Shown in pieces: positions 48,131-60,600 of a stretch of DNA of 64,000 bases. The position numbers and the translations under genes were made by a program. The notes below the pieces were generated by a model, which saw nothing but the letters and a program-made list of their open reading frames with translations, searched no databases and was not told the DNA's origin. Within the stretch, counting starts at the first letter, position 1. Each line of letters begins with the position of its first letter. Source of the stretch: Dicyema japonicum (Eukaryota; Animalia; Dicyemida); contig RDEW01000054.1 of NCBI GenBank assembly GCA_011109175.1, positions 185,382 through 249,381 on the forward strand, given 5' to 3'.

Positions 48131-51100
48131 TCATATAATATTGCTAATTTGATTCAATTTAGCCTGAAGTTCTTCAAGTCTGACTTTTTTATCAAGTTCT
48201 TCTTGTTTCTTTTCTATTATATCATCGTCCTATAAAATAGTATAAATAAAATATAAAAACATATGTCATGATTCCCATTCCTATTAGTTGAGAGACTTTA
48301 TCAAATTTATTTGACGAAGAATTAATCTAATATGAATATAAAAAATAACATGGTTGAAAAAATTATCTTTAGCATCTCGTATATCTCTATTTTCAATGGA
48401 TATCTGATTGTGAAAACTAAATATCAATAAGGATTACTGTTTATCAGGTACACAAAAAGGACACAGAGATTCAACGTTAGAATGACTTTCATAACAACTA
48501 AATGTTTTTTTTAATATTTAAAACTTTCTATGAAATGAATGTTGGCAAAAAAAATGAATCGATGGAAGCGTCAACGTAGTACCACAGACTGAACAACTCA
48601 ATGTCATAAAAACATGAACCCTATAATAGTTTACTCGTTAATAATAAAACATATATGTAAATAGAGAAAATACCCGGATTTAATATTTTCTATCTTCTTT
48701 TTGGTAGAATCAATGTTTGATTTCAATGATAAAATATCATTTTCATGTTTCTCAATAAAATTTTGGCGTTTCTGATGGCATTCAATAATATAATTCTATT
48801 AAAAATATGATAATAGAAACTTTAACATCGCCAAATTTTACATCTTTGATTTGTAATAGAATTTGAATTACTTGTAATTCAGAAATAAAAGGATTGTCTC
48901 CTATTAACTCTAGTATATTAGCGATGTGGTAATTATTGAATGATGCTTTTGTTAAAAGAAATGGAATCGCTATATTCCATAATTGAGGGAATTCATTTCT
49001 AACACGTTATAAACTAAAAAACCCATATTCTTTGCAGCAATTTATAACATTATTGATGTCATTCTCTTTAATATAATATTGCAGAACCTGATGATATCTC
49101 AAATATAAAATAATAAAATACAATGATTTCGTTTTATATGAAAACAGAATTCCTTCAGTAAAGCAATATTGTTGGCATAAAGAAAGCATTTGATCAAAAA
49201 AAAATTTAAGTCCTTAATTCAAGAAATAAAATACAGTTATTGTTTGAAGCATTTCCATCAATGTTTTTCTTATATTACTAATTTTCTCCTATGATTATAA
49301 AATAAATCAAAATTACCAAAGAGGATGAATTAGAATTAATAAATTTATCATACTGAATCAAAGTAAACTCAAGAATTCTAAGACGTACATAATTATGTAC
49401 TTCAGTAGAACTCTGCAAGTATAAAATTATTTAATAATCAACTTCAGATATATGATTCAAAAAATCTATAGTCATTTTAGTCGAAAAAGATCTCATGATA
49501 TTTATAGTATGGTCGACAAAATCTTTCCATTCAAAATTATATTCTGAAGCTAATATACTTAGAACAAAAACAAACTTAGTAAGGAATCCCATAGATTAGA
49601 CATTAAATGATTAAACTGTTTGATGGAATTCATTGCTAAGTCATCCGAACAAGTATAAACAATATTCAATGCTTCCATTGGATCAATTAATAATAAATAA
49701 TCAATGACTTCATTGTAATTATGCAAATCTTCAAGTTGAATAGATATCCAATTCTCATGCAAGTTATGAGATTTCGCCAAATCGAGAGCATATTTAAAAA
49801 ATTTAACTTGGCGACAAACATCAATTGCAATTGTTACATCAAAATCGTTGATTCCACTTAGCAGCTAAATAAAAGCATGTATTTTAAAATTACGTTTATA
49901 AATTCATTAATTTTTACGGGATTCTTTATACGAGCATGACAATTAAATAAAAGTGTTGTATGATCACGTGTAGCCAACTTTCGCCGATGTAACTCAAGTA
50001 AATATTCCGACAAATTTTCCACATTTTTGGCATCAAGATACTTTTATAAAATATTTTAATTTAACTTTTCTAATTACATAAGAAGGCTCAAGAGTCCCAA
50101 TGGTAGTTATATATCGTTGAATGGCATCCTTCATATTTCCCTTTCTATTGTCAATCAAAACAAAAATTTACTCATATAAAAAATCTCCACATTTCTGAAC
50201 AATTTTTACAAGTTCGTGATGAGGCAAATCAGAATTCTTTGCTAATCTAGAGATTATGATATATCAAATGTAAAAACCTAACAGCAGTATCATAATACTG
50301 TCGATCAAGAAGAATGTCAAACTTATCTTTCAAACTTTTTTCGGTAAGAAGAATAACCTGAAAAAAATAATGTTAAATACCTCTCCATTTCCAAGAATCA
50401 AACAAAATGCGCCAAACTCATCGACAACTCCAACGAACGATGAAATAGAATCAGAATAAGCAACAAGTTCATTACGAATATCATAAATTGCGATGTTAAT
50501 TTTTTTAGATAAAAGTTTGCTATCATTTGGACGAGAAGTGCTAAATAATATTAAAAGTATACTCGTTAATTATTTTGAATTTTTATCGCGCCACAAAGTA
50601 ATAATAAATCCTTTGGAATAAAAAATCCGTTTAATGTTTCCAAAACATGGTATTGACTCTGCCTTAACATCATCATAGCAGTAAGTAATCATCTAATAAG
50701 ATATCAAACCCAAAATTACATTTCTTAAAGCCACAAAAAATCGTTTATTAACCAAATAATTTCCCATAGTCAAGCAACCATAACTGCATCCAAAAGAATC
50801 GTCTATCATATTCTAAATATTTCATAATTGATATAGTACTTTATAACATTTCTGTTCTTTAAAATTCCAATAAATCGAAAAAACAGAATTATCAGTGGTG
50901 ACAAAAACTACCACCACACCATCCTTGTATTTTATTTTTAGTCCCGTTATAGGAACATTTTCTTTGCATATAGTTTGAATATTTGACTTTCTTGATAAAT
51001 TTTAATGGTAATTTACTTTACTCTTGTAATATCATTATATATCATTTCAATTCTACCAGAAGAAAAACCACATACTATTGTAGAACCTGTTTCGTTTACA

Positions 51101-51629
51101 TCAATAGTTGTAATCTAATCAATTTTATTAATTAAAAATTTACCGTTCCAATATCCTTACTAATATCCAAATGTTGAAGCTTACAACAAAAAGGATTCCC
51201 AGATTTATCAATCTAAATTCATTTTCAGAACTTAAACTTTGTCAAAATTCCAAACTTTCAAAGTAATTTCAGTAATAATTGAATCAGACTAAAATTAAAT
51301 ATAATAAAAGACCCCAAAAGAAATGAGCAAATTACGATCCTTAAATTGATATAAATGTGTAAGGCATTGTGAAAATAATCGAAATTTCTTTATATCAAAT
51401 TCATTGGATAAAGACATAGCCGATCCATTTTCTTGACCAATAATTATTTTGTTATATCCACTGGTGCAAAGATGTATTCCCTAATAAATTTAAGTAAAGT
51501 TCAATTACCTTGTTGAAGTTTGAAAATTCGATTTCAAGTGGTATTTTTTTGATTACTGAATTGAAAAAATTAAATTGTATCCACTTCTAAAATATAATTA
51601 AAATATAACACAACCTCCCCTGAATACAT
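48131..51629 (-). CDS. VPS11: Vacuolar protein sorting 11 (CORVET/HOPS), many tiny introns
   Basis: N-terminus MYSGE|KWIQFNFF; C-terminal RING CSVCGTTLTLPSIHFFCQHSFH..CYES..CPFC. Internal exons only partly checked. Confidence 0.88.
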
Positions 51630-51658
51630 AATTATTTTAATTTTTAAATTAATATTAA

Positions 51659-54588
51659 TTATTTTAATTCAGACTCTAATTATTTTAATTCAGACTCTTT
51701 ATGCCTGGATGGTATACCTCAACTGGAAACTCGAGATGTTGTTTGTTCCCCTGGATTCTATTGCTTTCTGGAGATATTGAACAAAACCCCGGACCAAAAC
51801 CCCTTGTTATTATGCAACTCAATGCTAACGGAATAAAAACAAAGATTCTGGAGTTACGATCTTTATTAACGAAGCACAAGATTGACATCTGCCTTATCCA
51901 GGAGTCAAAACTTTCTACAAAGAGTCAACCCCATTTTTTCCTGGATACATCTCTATCAGAAAAGACCGCATTGGACGTGGTGGCGGCTTACTCACAATTA
52001 TCAGAAACGGTCTATCCTTCCACGATGTAAGCATGCAAGTGGATGATTTAATTCTACACGACAAGACCGCGGAACAAATTTCTATTGATCTTATTAATGG
52101 GTCAGAACATCTTATTCTAATCAACATTTACATTCCACCGCCGGGATCCTGTCCTAATAACTATGTTCCGAAGCTCGACAAACTACAAGAAATTCGAAAT
52201 GTGTTACTATGTGGGGATTTCAACGCCAAACATCCGCAATGGCTTAGTACCCAGTCGGCAGACAAGAGGGGGAGTCTAATTATCGACTCTCTCGAAAAAA
52301 TGGTGATTCTGAATCACCCGAATGTGTTCACAAGGACACCTATCCGAAGAAATGACAACCCAACCTCCCCCGACATATCCATTGCTTCCTCTAGGATTGC
52401 CCCGAAGATTTCATGGAACGTCTCCTACGATTTTCATAGTGATCATAATCCGATTATATTAAAACTGAGCCGATTCAATAACTCGCGTAGAATTAAAGCA
52501 ACCTTCAAGGTCTACAAGAAAGCTGACTGGTCGAATTTCAAGCTCTTCATTGACAATAACCTAATACACTTTGATCCCACCTCATTTTGCTCATTTTGCT
52601 CCATCGACAAAGCAGTGGACCATCTAAACCATGTAATCCTTCAAGCTGAAAAGTTGTTTGTTCCACGTGCAGTTTATAAATCCTACAAGCCTACTCTGGA
52701 CTCGGAGACTCGTCTCCTCATCAAACAAAGAAACTCCCTGAAGATGAATCATCTGCAAACCTCTTCTGATTTGCAAAATATAAAATGCTTAAATCAGAGA
52801 ATTACAAAGCTCATCAGAGAAAAGAAAGATAGGGCGTGGAAGCGCCTATTATCATCTATTGGACATATGAAATCCACGAGTCTTTTATGGAAAACTATTC
52901 GTCGAATCAAGCTAAACTTATCAGATGAATCAGAATCTTTTTCTGCTCCAAATACTGTGCAAGCTAACAACCTAATGAAATATTACGCATCCATAAGCCA
53001 CAAGGACTTCTCGAAATCCCATTCTTGTCACTTTCGGAATTTAGTGCCTAAACCAACTTCATGGATCAATCTGTTTACGCATGCCGAGGTCACACAGGCT
53101 ATAAGATCGATGAAGACATCTTTTACGTGTGGACCTGACGGCATCCCGGGAATTTTGTTAAAACACCTTGGTAATGTTGCAATCAATTCAATTACGTCAA
53201 TTTTTAATTTGTCTTCTAACATGAACGTCATCCCATGCAAATGGAAAAACTCACTAATAATACCGATCCTTAAACCAGGAAAACCGAAAACCTTACCTTC
53301 TTCCTACCGTCCAATTTCATTAACGTGCGCATTATCGCGCCTAATGGAGAAACTCGTACTCTGGAAAATTAAACCCCATTTGCCCGACTGCCACTTTCAA
53401 CATGGTTTCAAATGTGAGCGTTCAACTACGACACATTTGACTTCACTGTCTCAATTTATATCAGAAGGGTTCAACGTACCGAAACGCCATCTACGGACAA
53501 TAATGGTTTCCCTGGATATCCAGAAGGCGTTCGATTCTGTCTCGAGAATATTACTCACGAAGAAGGTTTTTGACACCACCATTCAGACGGATTTGAAAAG
53601 ATGGATAGCCAATTTTCTCTCCGGAAGAAGAGGACGTGTCTGTATAGGCCACGCAAGATCGAGGTCCCGTCTCCTACCAAATGGCGTCCCTCAAGGATCG
53701 CCCCTCTCTCCGGCATTATTCAACTTGTTCCTCAACGATTTACCCTGCCCTGGAGGACCAGATTCAATGCTTCTCACTTATGCTGACGACCTAATCATCG
53801 CTAGCAGGAACAAATACGTGGGTACAGCAAAATCAGAGCTTCAGTCACATATTGACGACCTGGGAGCCTGGTTGAAGTTGAATCGTCTCTCCGTATCCAG
53901 GGACAAATCAACATATACAATCTTTCACCACGGACAGAAAAGAAAAACATACACTTGATTTGAACATTTTTGGAGACTCCTTACCACTACAGACTCGTCC
54001 AACTATCCTGGGAGTGACATTTGACCCTTTGATGTCATTTTCTCAACATGTGAAGAACGTTATGACAAAGGGTCTCAGGAAACTTAATATATCAAACCGC
54101 TCTTGAAGTCCAAACCTTCACAGGAATGCGCCCTCGTCGTGTTCAATCAACTCCTAAAACCGACGATTGAGTACGCCTGTGCCTCATGGGCCTATGGAGC
54201 TTCGATATCAAATTCACTCAAGATCAATACCCTAATTGGAAAACTAGCACGTCAAACAAATCTACCCCCGATCTTTTCCCTCCAATGCTTGACCACGCCG
54301 CAATCAAAACTAATGGCTCCGGCTTCATCTGTCTGTGTGGCCAAGAAACAAGTCGTTTCTTCCATTCAAGGCTGAAGGCTTCAAATACACGAAATTTGGG
54401 GAAAAACCCCACTCCTCTTCAAACCCTAATGAAAGATGATCGTCGTTTATTCAGGAAAGCCGTGGGTACTCTGGAGGAACACAGGAAAAACCTCTCGATC
54501 CTGTTGAGGCGTACCGGGATCACTTAATTAGTTGGATTACTCCTTCTTTCTTGGTGTTCCCTTTTCGGGGTTATTAAATAATAATAAA
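51659..54588 (+). mobile_element. Near-complete Vingi-like LINE (2A-APE-RT-C-terminal), 14-bp TSD, about five homopolymer frameshifts
   Basis: TSD TAAATTAATATTAA at 51645-51658 and 54589-54602. LLLSGDIEQNPGP (GDIEQNPGP at 51770-51796). 641-aa ORF with GDFNAKH, SDHNPI, YRPISL, NGVPQGSPLSP and YADD. Ends RRTGIT*. Confidence 0.95.
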
Positions 54589-54679
54589 TAAATTAATATT
54601 AAAGAATTAAAGAAATTAAATATTTTATTAAACGTGAAAAAACAATTTATTACGAAACAAAACAATCAAAATAATCCAG

Positions 54680-55430
54680 CTGATAGAATGGAATGGATGT
54701 TTCTCCTGATAACTGGCAGAGAAATCCTTTGAACAACCATTCGGTTTCCAGACGCTCATTGCTAACTTTCGAAATCATTGACCCAAGCGATCTTAGTAAA
54801 GAGACCGTTTTGGGCCCGAAGACTCTGCTCTTCTCGACAACAATGAGCTGAACATGGAATCTTGTGTATAGGCTGTTGTATTTTTATCTTGAAATTCTCG
54901 AAAGTACGAGCAGCCACCCCTGAACCAGCAAGCCTCGATGGGAAAAGGTATCGGTACAGGCTCTATCCCAAATCAAGTATTTCCCTCGAGAAAATAGGAA
55001 GACATTTACCCCGTTTGGGTTCTTTCCATCTCCACGATCAGGCCCATCAGTTCCAGAGATGACACGAATCTAGCCGCCTCAAGATTGCGCTTCACAACCC
55101 TGTAGATGGCAGCATGCTTCGGGAACCGGCCTCTACTCTGGCGGTAAGAGAGCGGGTGAAATTCTTTGCAGTCCACAACAGATCCACAACGGCATGGATG
55201 AGGCTAGCAAAGGTCAATTCCGAGACGGATAGAAATCCCACTTCGGAGGGCGTCTTGTTCAAGAAGGGACGATGATGGGAACGTGTTCAGTCAAGCACCG
55301 CTGTAAGGGAATCCATACACTATCGAAATATCTACAATCATACAGAAATTTTGAGCCGATGCCATGTCCGATGAGAAGAGCTGTTAAGGAGCCTCGTCCT
55401 CTCCCTATTAATTTACTCAATTTTTATTCA
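54680..55430 (-). mobile_element. CRE-like RLE element 3' fragment
   Basis: SRGRFPKHAAIYRVVKR...GDGKNPNG...LIWDRACTDT...WLFQRISL. Confidence 0.75.
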
Positions 55431-55599
55431 TTCCAAGATGAGCCTGGTTATGTAGTGCTGAGGTTAAAACTTCCATCTCATTGTCATTGTCCATACAAAT
55501 GACAAGCTAGTGATTTCCATTCGAATCTGTAAGATACATTTTGTCGTTGATCATCATGAAGTTTTTTGATTTTTTGTAAAAGACGAAATTTATTATGCT

Positions 55600-56155
55600 T
55601 TTTGATTGAGAAGGAAAACAGTCACCTTGAAGTTAAACAAGGTCGGCATCCCTTTCAACAGATGTCAAAGGATCTTGGGTGTGACAATTGATATGCATCT
55701 GTCTGACACCACACGTAGAGAACATTCTATTGAAATGTGAAAAACTGAACGTATTGAAAAGTTTATCAGGAATATGGAAGAGTGGTACTCATCCAGTCTT
55801 GATGAACGTGTACAAACAGTACATCGAGCCATGTTTCTCATATGCATGCGCCTCGTGGGGACCGTCCATATCTTGGACAAATATGATGAAAACTGAGGAA
55901 ATGCAAAAGAAGGCTTACAGAGTAGCGGAGCGTTGGATTTGTGAAGATCACCGAACCGGACCTACGCCTCTGGAGGCCCTTATGAGACTAGACTCCAGAT
56001 CACAGGAAGGTGGCCCTGAAAATTCAGGCAGCCGTCCTGTACGTTCATGCGCGGGTACGAAAAAGAACACCGGGCAAAGATGAGGTCTCTGTGAGAATGC
56101 ATCGGGATCACGTAATAATTGGTTTGGTTTTACCGGGGTCTTGGGTAATATAAAA
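55600..56155 (+). mobile_element. Vingi-like LINE 3' fragment, close sibling of 45830-46260
   Basis: KLNVLKSLSGIWKSGTHPVLMNVYKQYIEPCFSYACASW...GIT* plus the 3' stem-loop. Confidence 0.9.
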
Positions 56156-56489
56156 AAATGCAGTTATGTTATTCCCGAATGAAACAACTAGGACTTAAAT
56201 TAAAAAAATTTAAAGAGTATAATGATTTAACATAATTAATATCTCGCTTTATGCAGATTTCGTGTTTTTATACTTTATTTAATACGAGCAGTAGATTGAA
56301 AAATAGGATATGAATAGTCGCCAGTTAACCCCTTTAAAAGTATGTAGCAATATTTGGGTAAATAAATAATTCGATTTAATTAATCAACCCTGATAACACC
56401 TACAAACAAAGTATTAGTTAGCAACTGATCGAACACACCAAGTAGTGTGAGCCAGTACCCAGTAGAAGATTGCATAGATAAATTATTTA

Positions 56490-57570
56490 TTTTTTTTACC
56501 CCAAGATCACCGGATTAGAAAAAGTTAAAAGTTAACTACTAACTAAGTGATCCCGGTTCTCCGGGTTCTGGCTCTCGTTCTGGGTCCTCGAAGATCCAAC
56601 AGAATTGGTAAAAACGGGGACAGTCTCATTCTCCATAGATTCCCCGCATTTTCTAGATAGTCGAGTATAAAGAGTAAAAGCGGACAGCCGGTTTTCATTG
56701 CCCACTGTAGAAATGACTTCACTCTCCACCTTAGATGTTCTTTAACATTCAATACATTATCCATAGTTTTCTTATTAATTATTTTCAAGGCAGCAAGTTG
56801 TGCGGCTTCTAATTTTTGAGACGACGATTCAGAAATCATCGAGCTCCAGGAAGGATATGCGAAATCGATTACTGGCAGTATGTATTGTCTGTAAATTTTC
56901 TGTAGTAAGAAGGTGTTGCGCCCGATTGGTGATCAGGACAAAATTTTCAATATGTTGGTCCTCCTTTTGACTTAGTTAGTAACTTCATTGACGTGTTGGC
57001 CGAATGTTAGGAGAGTATCCAACTTTAATCCTAGTACTGTTGGAGACTTATTCATAGGAATTTCATATCCAAACAATTTGATTTTGGGAAAGTATAATGA
57101 TCTTCTATATGTAGAGAAAATTGTTATAAATGACTTTCCTGTAGAAATTTCCAGTCGATTTGATATGAGCCAATGTTCTAACATACCAATATAACTTTGA
57201 AGTTTTATCCTTGCCTTTTCATAGTTAGAGTCTCTCGTCGCAAGAACAATGTCATCTGCGTATGAGAGCATCAATGTATCGGGATCATCATTGGTGAAAA
57301 GGTTATTGGTGTACAAGTTGAAGAGAAGGGGAGAGAGAGGTGAACCTTGAGAGACATTATTTGGCAATAAACGGGATTTAGATTTTCTGTTGTCTGACAT
57401 CACTTTTCCTCTTTTTTCATTTAGAAAATTCGACAGCCATCTTTTAATGTTTGGATTTATAAGAGTGTCAGAAATTTTCTCTATAAGTAGCGTCCGGGAC
57501 ACTGAGTCGAATGATTTCTTTAAGTCTATTGAAGCCATTATGGTCCTTTTAGGAGAATCTATCAAATATA
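56490..57570 (-). mobile_element. Vingi-like LINE, RT to 3' end
   Basis: DLKKSFDSV, NNVSQGSPLSP, YADD; ends RRTGIT*. Confidence 0.9.
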
Positions 57571-57639
57571 TATTGAGTTAATTTTGTTAAGTGAGTCGAG
57601 TAGAATGAATCAAACTCTATAACATTCTTAGCTTCATCG

Positions 57640-60600
57640 GATTATATGTTATGTTGTCCAATTAAGTCGTGTCCGACCCTTGGAGATCTCATGAACGAGT
57701 TTCCTCCACTCTCCCCGATCCGTTGCAATTTGGAGTAGCTTGATATAGGCATTCCCGTGACGTCTTCCACCGTGGATAGCTACCAAGTCCTCGGTCGACC
57801 AGGTCTTCTCTTCCCAGTAATATTGCTCAGCATAATGGTTCTTTCCAAGGAGTCAGAGAGGACAACATGCTCAAAGAACGCCAATATGTGTTTTACGATT
57901 CTTCTTTCTAGCGAAATGTCAGTCTCCATCCGTTTGAGTACATCGGTGTTTGTTATTTTGGAAGTCCAAGGGATTCATTTAGCACCACAGTTCAAAAGCA
58001 TCAATTTTTCGTCTATCCGCCTTTTTCAGTATCCATGATTCTGCGCCATATAGAAAAACTGCGAACACGATTGTATTAACCAGTCTGCATTTGGTCCTTA
58101 AGCAAATATCTTTGCTTTTCCAAATTCTATTCATTCTCTGGAAGGCGTCCCGTCCCATGGCAATTCGCCTCTTGATTTCCAAGCCTCCGTCACCATTCCG
58201 GTTAATTAGACATCCCAGAAAGACAGCATTAACGCAACTCTCTATTTTCTCATTCCCAATTTTTAGTTCCATTATTCCATTATTAGCAGTAGTCATAATT
58301 TTGGTCTTCTTGATATTTAGCAATAAACCGAAGACGGCGCTCTCTTCTCTGAATCTTAGAATCAACTCCCTGAGGCCATCCTCTGTTTCAGCCAGCAAGG
58401 TTGTATCGTCAGCATATCGCAAATTATTGATATTCCTGCCTCCAATTTTAATCCCGTTATTTGATGCAGTATCCAATTTAGTCATGATTATTTCAGCATA
58501 AATATTGAATATGATGGGAGATAATAAGCATCCTTGTCTTACTCCTTTACCAATTTTGAACCAATCGGTATCTCGATACACTGTTCTAACAATAGCTTCT
58601 TGATCCTTATAAAGAGATGTGATAAGCAATATCAGATGGGCATCGAATCCAAATACTTTTAAAGCGGACCACAGCTTGTCATGTATAACGGAATCAAAAG
58701 CTTTCCAATAGCCAATGAAGCACATGTATACATTCTTTTGGGATTCATGAGCTTTCTCCATAATTCACCGGATATTTGCTATATGGTCACGTGTGCCTCG
58801 TCCCTTCCTGAATCCTGCTTGGACATCCGATAGAATCATTTCGGCATTTGGCATCAGACGATGTTGTACTATCTTTAGAAGTGTTTTGCTGACGTGAGGA
58901 ATTAAGGCTATTGTACGATAGTTTGAATAGTCCTTGCGATCCTTATTTTTCGGTATTGGAATAAATATAGATCTTTTTCACTCGCGTGGCCAAATACCAG
59001 TTTCCCAAATTTTTTGACATAGACTGGTGATAGCTGTCACGGTATAGCCTTCAACAATTCGCTTGAGATGTTGTCAATCCCTGGACCTTGTTCCCCGTTA
59101 ATTGCCGTGTAGCCCACACCCATTCCTCCTCAAGGATTTTATGCCTCTAACCCAACGTTGCTTCTTCAACATTTATGGGTGGGCACACAGTTTCTGAATG
59201 TAGCCGTTCCGTAAATTCTCTCCAACGATTTCAGATGTTCTGTTGGCTTAGCAATTCTACACCATCCTTGTCCTTGATTTTGCCCATCATTTTCGTAAAG
59301 GGGTTTCGTAATCTTTTTAGTTGTAAATACGCATTCCTAGTGTGACCTCTCTTATAGTCATCTTCCATTTTTTTGCAGCGTAACCTCCAGTAGTCTTCTT
59401 TATCTTTCCTGGCTGCCTTTTTGAATTCAGAGTTAAGTTTTCTTGTCTCGTCTATATTCCCAGAGACTTTAGCAGCTTTATGAGCCTCAGCAATGTTTAG
59501 GGTGTTGGCAGAGAGCCACTCAGAGCACTTGGCCGGCGTTTTATATTTGACATATTTTATTGCAGTGTTCCTGATAACCAATTGCATATTATTCCAAAAT
59601 TCATCAGGCATCCTTCCGTTCAAATCCAGTAATCCAATATTGTGCTTAACTTCCATTGCGTATACTGGTGCTTTTGGTTGAGGTGGTGACGTCCCTCTAT
59701 AGCACATATGTCTAATACGTATTTGAATAATCCTTTCTGGTTTTCTACCCTTACCTTCAATGCCAGGGGCCTTAATGACTGGTCGAAGAGGCACCAACTA
59801 TGTCTGGACCTTGCAAAATATGGATGCTCTGTTTGCTGTCTCCAAGAGACGAAGCTCAGAAAAGGACTCGATGAAAACCTTGGAGACTACAGACTAATCC
59901 TCCTTCCATCGTACTGTAAACACTATGGACAGGGTTTCGCTGTTCACAAGAATTTGCTCCCCAGATTACATCGATATTGGAAAATTGATGACAGGATATG
60001 TGTTATTCAATTTCTTATTGGACCCAAAGGGAAGTCCAGGCAACTAATTTCCATTGTGAACGTGTACGCCCCACATAGTGGCCGTGTTTCCAAAAACCCA
60101 GAGGAATTGGACGTTTTCTACGAAGAACTTGTCGAGGTCGTATCTTCTCTGAAGTTTTCATCGTTCCTCTTTATCGCTGGTGATTGGAATGCTAAAGCTG
60201 GGGTACATCAAGGACACGAACGTTTTATTGGACCACATGGAAGGGGGATCAGGAACTATTCTGGTACTGCTCTGGCATATTTCTGCGAATCCTTTGATTT
60301 ATTCCTGTGCAATACTCAATTCCAACATTCCGCACGCCACAAGACAACGTGGATGGGCACTAGACTATCGACCACCGGAAATCTGATAAGGATTTATAAT
60401 CAGATCGATTATATTCTGTGTCGAGTAAAAGACAAATCTCTCTTACGGGACTCGAGATCTTATGGAGGACTAACTGTTAACAGTGATCACAAAATTGTGT
60501 CAGCAAGATTCAGCTTAAGACTTGGTCCAACTGCGGAGGAGTTCCTCTACGGGATAACTAATAGAAGATGCTTCTTCCAAACACATCGTGGTGGAGATTC

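Noticed and set aside
58091-58501. Many 60-130 aa ORFs in the ORF track antisense to LINE ORFs or spanning introns
   Set aside because: They are shadows of TE coding sequence or of unspliced exons, with no independent protein features.
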